Of a stretch of 64,000 bases of DNA, positions 54,901 through 60,374 are shown in pieces; the first letter of the stretch is position 1; each line of letters begins with the position of its first letter. Made by a program: the position numbers and the translations under genes. The notes under the pieces are model-generated. The model made no database searches. It saw nothing but the letters and a program-made list of their open reading frames with translations, and had not been told where the DNA came from. Location of the stretch: assembly GCA_030141605.1 (NCBI GenBank), contig JAQGDQ010000225.1:1-64000 (forward strand), written 5' to 3'. The DNA is from Tubiluchus corallicola. Taxonomy: Eukaryota; Animalia; Priapulida.

Positions 54901-57900
54901 TACGTTAATTTGAAAACTGACAAAATAAGTAGATTTATTTAATTAATAAGTCTTGTCAATGTCAAAAATGGTTTGTGAGGTTTGTGAAACCGAACTTAAT
55001 AATAAATTGTACACTCTTGCAGACAGATGAGTTATGCCGAAGCGCATTCGAGAAGTATTCGTAGCTTCCTCACTTCTCTGCCAGAACAGCAGAGGAATAA
55101 GATGGAAAAACTTGTAAAAGAATTTGCAAACTGTTGGCAAAGTGTTCATTCTTTCTTGCCCGGTAAGTAATCTGTGTGTGTTGATTGAATGCAAATCACT
55201 GATATTTGAAAAACTGTCCAACTTACTGCCTGTGAATAGGCATACTGCAAACTGGGACTAACCATTTTAGTGGGTATATTGAAGGCTTCGAATACATCAC
55301 AGAACAGCATGTAAACCAAAAATAGTCATGTGTTTATGAATGCTTGATATTTATATGTTAATATACTGACATTTTGATCTTTGTTTGCAGCTACACTTTT
55401 TGGAGACATAAACATACAGGACATTGCGATAAATGACGAATGCAAACTGGCTGTACTGCTGCCTACATCGAAGGGCTTAGGAGTTTGTTCTCAGATGATG
55501 ATAAAGTGGCTAGTTGATTGGCAGAATGAATTCATAGAAACATTTTACAGGATTTCCAATCTCAGGTGGGTCGTGATAAAGATTTCTATTGTGAAAAACG
55601 AAAATGAGTAGCAAACCCTTTAAAACCTAAGTGAATATGTTTAGAAGAACACCTAGGTAAACAAATTTCCTGACCAAAACAGTACTTGCTGGCTGTTTGT
55701 TACTTCACTTGCCAAATGGCAGCACATAATAGTTTTTGAGGAATGAATATGTGAACACTAAATTGTTCACAGGTTTGGTGTTCCTATATCTTAGCAGTCA
55801 GCCCATGATTATATTCTATAGTCCATTATAAATCTTTACTTGTAGACACGCTGTGATTTTTACCTCATCAAAGATTGACAACCACAGTAACTAAATTTCT
55901 TATTGTTACCCATCACTTAACTCAGGATCGATAAAATGGGACTATCGCCAATGCTTAATCCCGAATTGGTCAATTGTTTATAAATTTCACACGAAATCAA
56001 CTGGCAATTGCAAATTTATTGCTTAGTGTTCACGATGGCATCACTTGAAATTTAAAATATTAACATCAATTGTGAGTAAAAATGGCTGGTTTTCTCAATT
56101 TGAGAATCTAAATTATTTTGTTTTTGCATATTAAAATGTCGCTGCTTCAGAACAAGAAACCTCATATGCGGCAGTTTTTCAAAAATGAGTTATGGTCACA
56201 ATTTACATTTATCATGGGTATCCTGAGTATCTGTATTGAAATGCATAAATCTTATTGCACAATCATTGTATCTACTATAAAAATTGGCAAGTTGCCAAAA
56301 ATTTTGAAAACAAAATTAAAGCTTAAACATGTATATTAAAACTACAAAGTTAAGAAAGTTAGGAGGAGTAGCCTGACGTACAATAGACTGCCAATTGTGT
56401 ATTACTTTTTAGGTCAGAATAAGCTTCAATCCGAATAGGAGGTTCTTGCACTCATGCAATGTGTTCATTATTCTTTTAGATTCTGACCAGTGGTGACAAA
56501 CAGATTCTGCTTTATCTCTTTGATAATCTATTCTTTTTCCACTTGCAACAAAATATTACATTAAACATCGATAAGCTGAGAAATGTGAAAAAAATTATTC
56601 AAGAGTATCATCAAAGAAGCAGAATACTTCTGAGAATGGGCTTTTACAATCCAGGGGTTTTTTAACATCCAAAGTACTAACCGTGATCAAAAGCAAGATG
56701 GCCTAATACAATATGAAGATGGTCCTGAGTTAGGCTTATTGAAGAAGTATAGCACATGTAAATAAGGATACTTACATGGGAATCGGAAATTTCACAGAAT
56801 TGTTTTTATTTTTAGTATCGATTCAGCTGCAATAGTGAATCTGAAAGACATCAGTTTGGAGCACTTACTTACCTTTGAAAAAGATGTTCATATCCTGCCG
56901 ATAGTTTTAGCGAACTGTAATTATTCTTTAAAAATCGGTAAAGGCACAGAGATAATGTACAACTATGCTGCCATCGAAAAAATGCTTGTGGACAGATTTG
57001 TCAAAGGTATTTCCTACTAATTTATGGCAACTATTTCTGTGGTACTAAACGTGACATGATAGCTCTTGCACTACAGTTTTCTCTTAGAAGAGCAGTATAT
57101 TTGCTGCTTCTCGGTTTCCTGGTTTCACCTGATTTTTTTATATGTGTGCTTGCAAACCAAAACTGTCCACAGGAAGAACAGTTAAAACTACGTTTTAATG
57201 ATGCTTCGAAGTAGCATGCATCCAACTTAGGTCAAATATGCATTTTTGTTTCTCACAAAAACAAATGCTAAATATAGCAGAATTTTACATTCTAGCATTA
57301 AATCACCAGGAAATTGTCTTAAAAATGCCAAAAATTTCATTTTTCTGCCGAAGAATTAGTATTACAATTGTGAAAAACTCATATTTTCAAACTCAGATAG
57401 CAGCTTATTAAAGCAGCCATTGCGTTGTTCTTTTTTTGACACACGGCTCTTCGTCTGGTAGAACCTTCTATTTGATTTCAACTTAGCTATAGTGTGTTCT
57501 TACAAAGTCCATGGCAAATTACCCTTTCGTAGTTTTTCATAGTTATCAGTTGCTACGTATTTTTGAAGAAACGCGACAAAAAAATGGCAAACTTTACCAG
57601 TGATGTTCTCAAGATTGTGTTTTTCAGTACGCTGCTCACCTCAACTTCAACATGGATTATCTCAGCCTAGAAATAACATAGATATCAAAATGATCCTCAT
57701 CTTGAATCATCATCAAAATGATCCTCACGAAGTAGATTTTCAGGATACGTGAATACTAAGAAAACTAACTTCTGTCTTATGAATGTTTTTGCTGTGCAAG
57801 CACACATTTATAATGTGAAGATTATTGGTTAGTGACGAATGGATTGAAATTTTGAAACCAAACTGAAACAAAAAAAGAAATGTGAAAAAGTCGTGATTAA

Positions 57901-58881
57901 GCCTGGATTCAACCAGGGTTTGTTTGCTGATTTAGAGACTGCTGATTCAAATCTAGCTTTAATCCGAACTTTTATACTTAATTCCCTGACTAAAGTCCAG
58001 ATAATTTGGTCCCAATTTTTTAACATTCTTTCAATGAAATTAAGATTCAAAATTGTGATGTGCTTCAGTTCAGCAGGATTTCCCAAAAAAATTATTTTTA
58101 AGAATCATCTTTTCTGCTTTAATTCTTACCATTTTCTTTTCTATTGTTAGGCAAGCCACTTATTGAGACAGCATTGCTAGAGATGACATTTGCAGAGGAT
58201 TGTGTTACGACTGTTGGTAACATCAGTATGATAGGAGCCGAGATCAAGCAAGAAGACTTTCCTGACGCTGTGAAGTTCCAGATTGAGCAAGATCACCATG
58301 ACAATTTGTCTAGCATCAGCAAATCGTTAGGAATGCTAGAGACAACAATTAACTTCCTCGTGTGCATCAAGGCTGAACCTGAACTGAATCTATTTCAGTT
58401 TGTGACTAAGGCGCTACGCATGGAGTGGACAGTGTCCGGTCAGAAAGCCCAAAGCTTTGTTAGACTGAAGCATGTGCGTGCTTTGTGGGTGCTACTGTCA
58501 TTTTTGCGAGCAAAGCTCATAACACTGAATTCTGCCAAAGATGTTTTTGAAGGCATTACACCCGACGGAAAGTATAGAGAAAAAGTAAAAGATGCAAAAT
58601 CACTTCGTAGGTCATTCACGTACGTTAATATGCCATTGTTTGCAGAGATTTTGTATGAAACCATGGTGTTTAACATTTTTAAACCAAGAGACGAGGAAGA
58701 CGATAATAGTATGCATCCACTCGGTTACACCGTACATGAATTCATGGAAATTCGAGAAAAGACACCTATCCCTGCACTAATCAATCCCAGACAATTTCCA
58801 GAAGATTTGAAAGTTAATCAGTGCATATGCGTATTTAGGCATGTCCTAAAAAAGGCATATGCAGATCACACAATACATTAA
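3847..58881 (+). CDS. RNF213: E3 ubiquitin-protein ligase RNF213 (mysterin)-like, 49 coding exons, ~5,504 aa
   Basis: Spliced model join(3847-3982,6178-6877,7423-7502,9800-10947,11165-11196,12549-12698,14597-14784,16817-17103,18266-18406,18597-18706,19743-19997,21627-21825,22703-22776,23760-24036,25002-25100,26274-26390,27165-27345,28262-28582,29143-29296,30994-31146,31479-31764,32109-32262,32466-32683,33558-33710,34474-34632,35073-35536,36124-36257,36364-36651,37818-37892,38138-38244,38896-39031,39900-40083,40651-40777,41060-41164,42509-42640,43889-43973,45087-48282,48492-48609,48796-48993,49080-49216,49545-49758,50367-50942,51102-51249,51427-51596,51972-54883,55023-55162,55391-55565,56816-57006,58151-58881). 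Sum 16,515 nt with all phases compatible. RNF213-diagnostic peptides: ELKVLVDLASITAG, LEWL..VKESHGSVEKSSL, PLPDTDEVLLCTP, IPVVIMGETGCGKTRL, IPLFLVGKPGSSKSLAK, RING and RZ finger. Confidence 0.95.
5067..5757 (-). mobile_element. Decayed non-LTR retrotransposon (RTE-like LINE) reverse transcriptase C-terminus
   Basis: Minus-strand translation gives NLQANQSKTEEY..WKKCKYMGTFL, LFNAYITSIFMYNSET, WPYIITNEDLY, LRWLGHLLRL, RPGKPKTTW, AADRSGW, with in-frame stops. Confidence 0.85.
6178..6877 (+). CDS. RNF213: RNF213-like exon 2: acidic/Ser-rich disordered N-arm
   Basis: CATATAG| acceptor, AG|GTTAGT donor, phases 1/2, open 700 nt. Confidence 0.75.
7423..7502 (+). CDS. RNF213: RNF213-like exon 3
   Basis: TTTTTGCAG| RDLMSTSCLVENANTEDSELSSAAGSQ G|GTTGGT, phases 2/1. 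Confidence 0.7.
8672..9308 (+). mobile_element. MITE family A, copy 1 (GTGTGCTTGCA-type termini)
   Basis: Similar along its length to four other copies; ends ...TGCAAGCACAC; ATAT flanks on both sides. Confidence 0.8.
9800..10947 (+). CDS. RNF213: RNF213-like exon 4: short helical segment plus S/T/Q-rich disordered arm
   Basis: TTCTAG| acceptor, AAG|GTAAAT donor, phases 1/0, inside the 416-aa ORF. Confidence 0.8.
11165..11196 (+). CDS. RNF213: RNF213-like exon 5 (32-nt microexon)
   Basis: CCTTTAG| VQQQSFIHNT CG|GTAAGT; required to bridge phase 0 to phase 2. Confidence 0.75.
11400..12140 (-). mobile_element. Decayed LTR retrotransposon (Ty3/gypsy-like) gag fragment
   Basis: Frameshifted minus-strand peptides LEDWIEQTKLLVYSFGVDDDEKKLHLVVLW and KFKVTHVKQGSKTFTRF...FDITQYTKE resemble invertebrate gypsy Gag; recognised by eye. 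Confidence 0.45.
12177..12255 (+). pseudogene. Possible degenerate 5S rRNA-derived fragment (5S pseudogene or SINE3-like head)
   Basis: CTGGTCAGTACGTGGATGAG matches the 5S internal control region CTGGTTAGTACTTGGATGGG at 17 of 20 positions; flanks weakly similar. Confidence 0.35.
12549..12698 (+). CDS. RNF213: RNF213-like exon 6: start of CBM20-like domain
   Basis: IEVTFHAVLSPDF...GWK resembles RNF213 VTVFFHAIIS; phases 2/2. Confidence 0.85.
14597..14784 (+). CDS. RNF213: RNF213-like exon 7: CBM20-like domain
   Basis: IQYKY...EYEEVY...NRGFEI resembles RNF213 IPYKY..EYEFIY..NRCLFI; phases 2/1. Confidence 0.85.
15662..16335. mobile_element. hAT-type non-autonomous DNA transposon
   Basis: TIRs TAGGATGACCA / TGGTAACCCTA; 8-bp flanks GCTGTATC and GCTGCATC (7 of 8 identical). 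Confidence 0.7.
16817..17103 (+). CDS. RNF213: RNF213-like exon 8
   Basis: TTTTAG| DRLDQYDGII... (cf. RNF213 HQYYDIV); weak donor GAA|GTACCA, phases 1/0. Confidence 0.75.
17303..17952 (-). mobile_element. MITE family A, copy 2 (clearest TIRs)
   Basis: GTGTGCTTGCATACCAAAAACGTCCGTAAGTCGGCA vs reverse complement of the right end GTGTGCTTGCATAACAAAATCATCCATAAGTCGGCA. Confidence 0.85.
18266..18406 (+). CDS. RNF213: RNF213-like exon 9
   Basis: TATAG| AVTCYFSN...ANFK |GTATGT, phases 0/0. Confidence 0.75.
18597..18706 (+). CDS. RNF213: RNF213-like exon 10
   Basis: TTTCAG| REEVLKIFTGL...TDKQ TG|GTATGG, phases 0/2. Confidence 0.75.
19743..19997 (+). CDS. RNF213: RNF213-like exon 11
   Basis: WVYALPLLHF resembles the RNF213 W..LP.LH motif; phases 2/2. 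Confidence 0.85.
20958..21575. mobile_element. Degenerate pogo/Tigger-like MITE
   Basis: Starts TA|CAGTAGACTATGTATAACTTGAAC; repeated (T)TCGAGTTA subterminal motifs at the other end. Confidence 0.4.
21627..21825 (+). CDS. RNF213: RNF213-like exon 12
   Basis: TTACAG| ...MFEVDYCLMST... ACT|GTAAGT, phases 2/0. Confidence 0.8.
22703..22776 (+). CDS. RNF213: RNF213-like exon 13
   Basis: TTTCAG| EFCQALEQMKHVLGRWIKLRAKAK AG|GTACTA, phases 0/2. Confidence 0.75.
23760..24036 (+). CDS. RNF213: RNF213-like exon 14
   Basis: TACAG| ...VSQWLKQRL...ELK |GTTGGC, phases 2/0. Confidence 0.8.
25002..25100 (+). CDS. RNF213: RNF213-like exon 15
   Basis: TTGCAG| LWDHLFCLDF...SWQKFVQNELTNRVEK |GTAAAT, phases 0/0. 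Confidence 0.8.
26274..26390 (+). CDS. RNF213: RNF213-like exon 16
   Basis: TTTTAG| MHYDEKIYLF...DSITK |GTAGAC, phases 0/0. Confidence 0.7.
27165..27345 (+). CDS. RNF213: RNF213-like exon 17
   Basis: VWP...LRHVLEWP (cf. RNF213 KHLL.W); phases 0/1. Confidence 0.8.
28262..28582 (+). CDS. RNF213: RNF213-like exon 18
   Basis: TTTCAG| open 321 nt G|GTACTA, phases 1/1. Confidence 0.8.
29143..29296 (+). CDS. RNF213: RNF213-like exon 19
   Basis: TTTCAG| AAVEEITKSL...VRNS CA|GTAAGT, phases 1/2. Confidence 0.75.
29341..29915. mobile_element. Degenerate hAT-like MITE
   Basis: Imperfect TIRs TAGGCCTATAACGGTATA / TATCATTACAGCCTTA with subterminal TATCG/GATA motifs; no clear TSD. Confidence 0.4.
30058..30699 (+). 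mobile_element. MITE family A, copy 3
   Basis: Shares CTGAGATAAT...GAAAAACATAATCT...GCTTCCACGAGCTACTATCAG with the other copies; flanks ATTT/AATT. Confidence 0.8.
30994..31146 (+). CDS. RNF213: RNF213-like exon 20
   Basis: SRTLFTREW...VYNNVWLPS; phases 2/2. Confidence 0.8.
31479..31764 (+). CDS. RNF213: RNF213-like exon 21
   Basis: LVDGSISFSEVD...WVDARIKQIKQY (cf. RNF213 WI..R..QI.EY); phases 2/0. Confidence 0.9.
32109..32262 (+). CDS. RNF213: RNF213-like exon 22
   Basis: ENFKSQPL...LISWLKENI; phases 0/1. Confidence 0.85.
32466..32683 (+). CDS. RNF213: RNF213-like exon 23
   Basis: LRELKVLVDLASITAGD, highly similar to RNF213 INELKVFVDLASISAGE. Confidence 0.93.
32765..33410 (+). mobile_element. 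MITE family A, copy 4
   Basis: AATT|GTGTGCTTGCA ... CAGCACAC|ATTT; internal similarity to the other copies. Confidence 0.8.
33558..33710 (+). CDS. RNF213: RNF213-like exon 24
   Basis: RNLEWLTRVKESHGSVEKSSL, a conserved RNF213 motif. Confidence 0.93.
33802..34172. mobile_element. hAT-type MITE with perfect 8-bp TSD
   Basis: TIRs CAGAGGCGTAGCA / TGCTCTGCCACTA; TAATCATT at 33794-33801 and 34173-34180. Confidence 0.8.
34474..34632 (+). CDS. RNF213: RNF213-like exon 25
   Basis: SYAELNTLRSKLVLVAG...EVDRFLE; phases 0/0. Confidence 0.88.
35073..35536 (+). CDS. RNF213: RNF213-like exon 26
   Basis: RLASAYIKLCMSGNILF..W...RKSYHHLNHFSAQQLVLL; phases 0/2. Confidence 0.9.
36124..36257 (+). CDS. RNF213: RNF213-like exon 27: most of a UBA-like domain
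   Basis: IEKLQQAGFSEIVARAALQDG; phases 2/1. Confidence 0.8.
36364..36651 (+). CDS. RNF213: RNF213-like exon 28
   Basis: GITWCLEN (UBA helix 3)...LWQDYL...DFLSLKHLGCVL; phases 1/1. Confidence 0.85.
37298..37484. mobile_element. PIF/Harbinger (Tourist-like) MITE
   Basis: ~38-bp imperfect TIRs AGTGGCATTTATGTAGCATCCGGATAAGGATGCATTTT / AAAATGCATCCGCATCTGGATGTTATGTAAACACCACT; TTA on both sides. Confidence 0.75.
37818..37892 (+). CDS. RNF213: RNF213-like exon 29
   Basis: LERVWPCYLKIGQPNLFVCP (cf. RNF213 LQVGQPNLVVC); phases 1/1. Confidence 0.88.
38138..38244 (+). CDS. RNF213: RNF213-like exon 30
   Basis: VYM...PLPDTDEVLLCTPDTSLEE, a conserved RNF213 motif. Confidence 0.93.
38896..39031 (+). CDS. 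RNF213: RNF213-like exon 31
   Basis: IQLLLWRA...IYSLVGIDVVAYDVS; phases 0/1. Confidence 0.85.
39120..39758. mobile_element. hAT-type non-autonomous element
   Basis: TIRs CAGAGCCGG / CTGGCCCTG; flanks TTCATATT and TTCATATG (7 of 8 identical). Confidence 0.65.
39900..40083 (+). CDS. RNF213: RNF213-like exon 32
   Basis: YRLVIFCNSERE...SAALVDPE; phases 1/2. Confidence 0.85.
40651..40777 (+). CDS. RNF213: RNF213-like exon 33: Walker A of the second AAA unit
   Basis: VRVVYSARSGMGKTLYIKRL (cf. RNF213 SERAGVGKSLYVKRL). Confidence 0.93.
41060..41164 (+). CDS. RNF213: RNF213-like exon 34
   Basis: PKIFHFDLT (cf. RNF213 PVLFHLDVT); donor CAG|GTAAGC. Confidence 0.85.
41321..42030. repeat. 25-26 bp tandem minisatellite (TTGGTTATAAAGCAGTAATTTGTGACA-like unit)
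   Basis: Roughly 27 head-to-tail, slightly variable copies; no unique spacers. Confidence 0.95.
42509..42640 (+). CDS. RNF213: RNF213-like exon 35
   Basis: VLFNLLILGSL...GEVWRR...HLYIIE; phases 0/0. Confidence 0.9.
42738..43803. mobile_element. Possible non-autonomous DNA transposon
   Basis: Inverted 12-mer AATTGACGTCAA / TTGACGTCAATT bracketing ~1.06 kb of intron; no TSD resolved. Confidence 0.3.
43889..43973 (+). CDS. RNF213: RNF213-like exon 36
   Basis: FLPLMKCLTPNKV (cf. RNF213 FP.V.C.PP.EV); phases 0/1. Confidence 0.85.
45087..48282 (+). CDS. RNF213: RNF213-like exon 37 (3,196 nt): dynein-like AAA+ ATPase core
   Basis: Walker A GETGCGKT and GKPGSSKS, Walker B FLFFDEAN and VILDEVG, ISNWALDPAK, FFGLRDFYSL, LYDALNQYY. 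Confidence 0.97.
48492..48609 (+). CDS. RNF213: RNF213-like exon 38
   Basis: EDVFIGITSDTVAAIVLQ; phases 2/0. Confidence 0.9.
48796..48993 (+). CDS. RNF213: RNF213-like exon 39
   Basis: LLQMVTPDAMMRL...EYFSQQHHDSL; phases 0/0. Confidence 0.9.
49080..49216 (+). CDS. RNF213: RNF213-like exon 40
   Basis: VTTFAKLLS...LQTFGTEQQF; phases 0/2. Confidence 0.9.
49545..49758 (+). CDS. RNF213: RNF213-like exon 41
   Basis: LLIVQSD...LLACAKH...HMVFVVQV..FVSFQ; phases 2/0. Confidence 0.9.
50367..50942 (+). CDS. RNF213: RNF213-like exon 42
   Basis: GNWKCVHVDVLR...WLTREAA...GTF...VPLLAFILAKVD..NL; phases 0/0. Confidence 0.9.
51102..51249 (+). CDS. RNF213: RNF213-like exon 43
   Basis: CHLPFSWLLYEQL (RNF213 PFSW motif); phases 0/1. 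Confidence 0.88.
51427..51596 (+). CDS. RNF213: RNF213-like exon 44, ending at a GC donor
   Basis: YLQDF motif; donor AAG|GCAAGT, phases 1/0. Confidence 0.8.
51656..51943. repeat. Tandem duplication, 146-bp unit, two copies, in intron 44
   Basis: CACCTTATGTATCATGTTGATTTTTATAAGT... at 51656 and 51802. Confidence 0.9.
51972..54883 (+). CDS. RNF213: RNF213-like exon 45 (2,912 nt): E3 module with RING and RZ finger
   Basis: C3HC4 RING CPAC...PVKLPCKHHCCRNC...CPEC (52578-52694); RZ finger YQCRNGHPYVIGNCGRP...CKECGEIIGGRLH (~53985-54095). Confidence 0.96.
55023..55162 (+). CDS. RNF213: RNF213-like exon 46
   Basis: SIRSFL...FANCWQSV; phases 2/1. Confidence 0.85.
55391..55565 (+). CDS. RNF213: RNF213-like exon 47
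   Basis: LLPTSKGLGVCS...LVDWQNEF (cf. RNF213 LLPRRRGLGLCA..L...HNE). Confidence 0.9.
56816..57006 (+). CDS. RNF213: RNF213-like exon 48
   Basis: LPIVLANCNYSL...YNYAAIEKMLVDRF; phases 2/1. Confidence 0.9.
57144..57805 (-). mobile_element. MITE family A, copy 5
   Basis: ATAT|GTGTGCTTGCA ... TGCAAGCACAC|ATTT; same orientation as copy 2. Confidence 0.8.
58151..58881 (+). CDS. RNF213: RNF213-like exon 49 (last coding exon, C-terminal domain)
   Basis: GKPLI...LKHVRALW..L...FPEDLKV; TAA stop at 58879-58881. Confidence 0.92.
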
Positions 58882-59183
58882 CTATAGGTCAAATTGTGCA
58901 ATTCAATGAGTGCTTGTAGTTATGCCATTTAGTTTTGTGTACTTATTATATCTTGTATTTTATTCTAGTCGGATTTGTCACTATTTCGTTTCAAAATTGC
59001 TTTTTGAATAATTGAAGTGTTGTGTGTAGCCTAATTTTAATGGCACTATCAAAATATGTGTGAAGACTCCATATTTGTAAAGACGTATGGAGTTCTTGAA
59101 ATATAGAAGTTGGTTCCAAATCGCTTTGAGCTTGCATACAGGCAAGATATGGGATCTTCCAGAGTTCATAGTTTTTTAATACA

Positions 59184-59540
59184 AGTAATACATTTATGGA
59201 AAATCATTAATTTGAAGTGATAATTTGCATAACTAGAGAAATTTTTTTTTGTAGTACTCTCATATAAGTTTGTTATTGTAAGAAAGGTATATTTGATTGT
59301 TTGTTCTTTTATTTCATGTTCATACGGTTATGCAGCATATTAATGTAGCACAAGTAGTTAAGTAATACATTTATGGAAAATCAGTATTAATTTGAAGTGA
59401 TAATTTGCATAACTAGAGAAAAAAATTTTGTAGTACTCTCATATAAGTTTGTTATTGTAAGAAAGGTATATTTGGTTGTTTGTTCTTTTATTTCATTTTC
59501 ATACAGTTATGCAGCATATTATTGTAGCACAAGTAGTTAA
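59184..59540. repeat. Tandem duplication (~177-bp unit, two copies) in the presumed 3' UTR
   Basis: AGTAATACATTTATGGAAAATC...CAAGTAGTTA at 59184 and again at 59361, few differences. Confidence 0.92.
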
Positions 59541-60368
59541 GTTGTTTGTTTGCTCATATGTTCATTTTGTATGCACAATTTGTAGCACCTGTGATTTTGT
59601 GTTTGCAATTTCCTAGAATTTATTTTTTGGGGCCTCATTTCTTTATTCACCTTTACTGTAGAAAGCAGGAGGCTTTTCTGGCTCATAACTAGAAAGCTTC
59701 TATTCTATAAGCTTGATAAAAATAGATTGTATTTTTATCGTGGTTCACATTTATCTAATAAGCTGCTGTAATTGTAGCAAAATAATAGTATAACTGCAGT
59801 CTCCCCAGGAAGTTATAATACACTAATTTTGGCAAATTAAAATGATTGTTTAAACAAGGATTCTTTGTGTTAGCAGAAAGTCAGTATTTTTATGTGCATA
59901 TCTTCTTGAATTGTGATTGTTTTATTGTTGTTCACTTAATTGCCAATAATCAGCAACTAGAATGATGACGAGTTTTCATGCTCACAAAATTGTCTTTCAT
60001 TTTTTTAGTTCTCAAATTTTTTTGCTCGTTCCGATTTCAAACATTTTCTTGCACACTGTTAATTTATAGTTATTTGATATATACCTGTTTGTATGTCACT
60101 GTTTAGTAATGGTAGTTTAATGCTTCAGTGATCTTTGCTGCATTCACGCTAGATATGTTATGAGCATCATAACTTCACACTGTAAGAAGTGAATGTATTT
60201 GTTCTTTGATACCCTTCTATGTTAATTTTCTTAGCACAAATCTGTTGTACTCTGTGATTTTTGCGTTTATAATTGCCCGGGGATTTAGTGTCGGCAGGCT
60301 TTTCTATAATCGCAGTTCATCGTAGAATCTAAGAATGCGTTCTGAAGTTTAATTATTAGTATTATACC

Positions 60369-60374
60369 AATAAA
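60369..60374 (+). terminator. Likely polyadenylation signal of the RNF213-like gene
   Basis: First canonical AATAAA I found after the stop, at the end of a T-rich tract and followed by GT-rich sequence. Confidence 0.5.
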
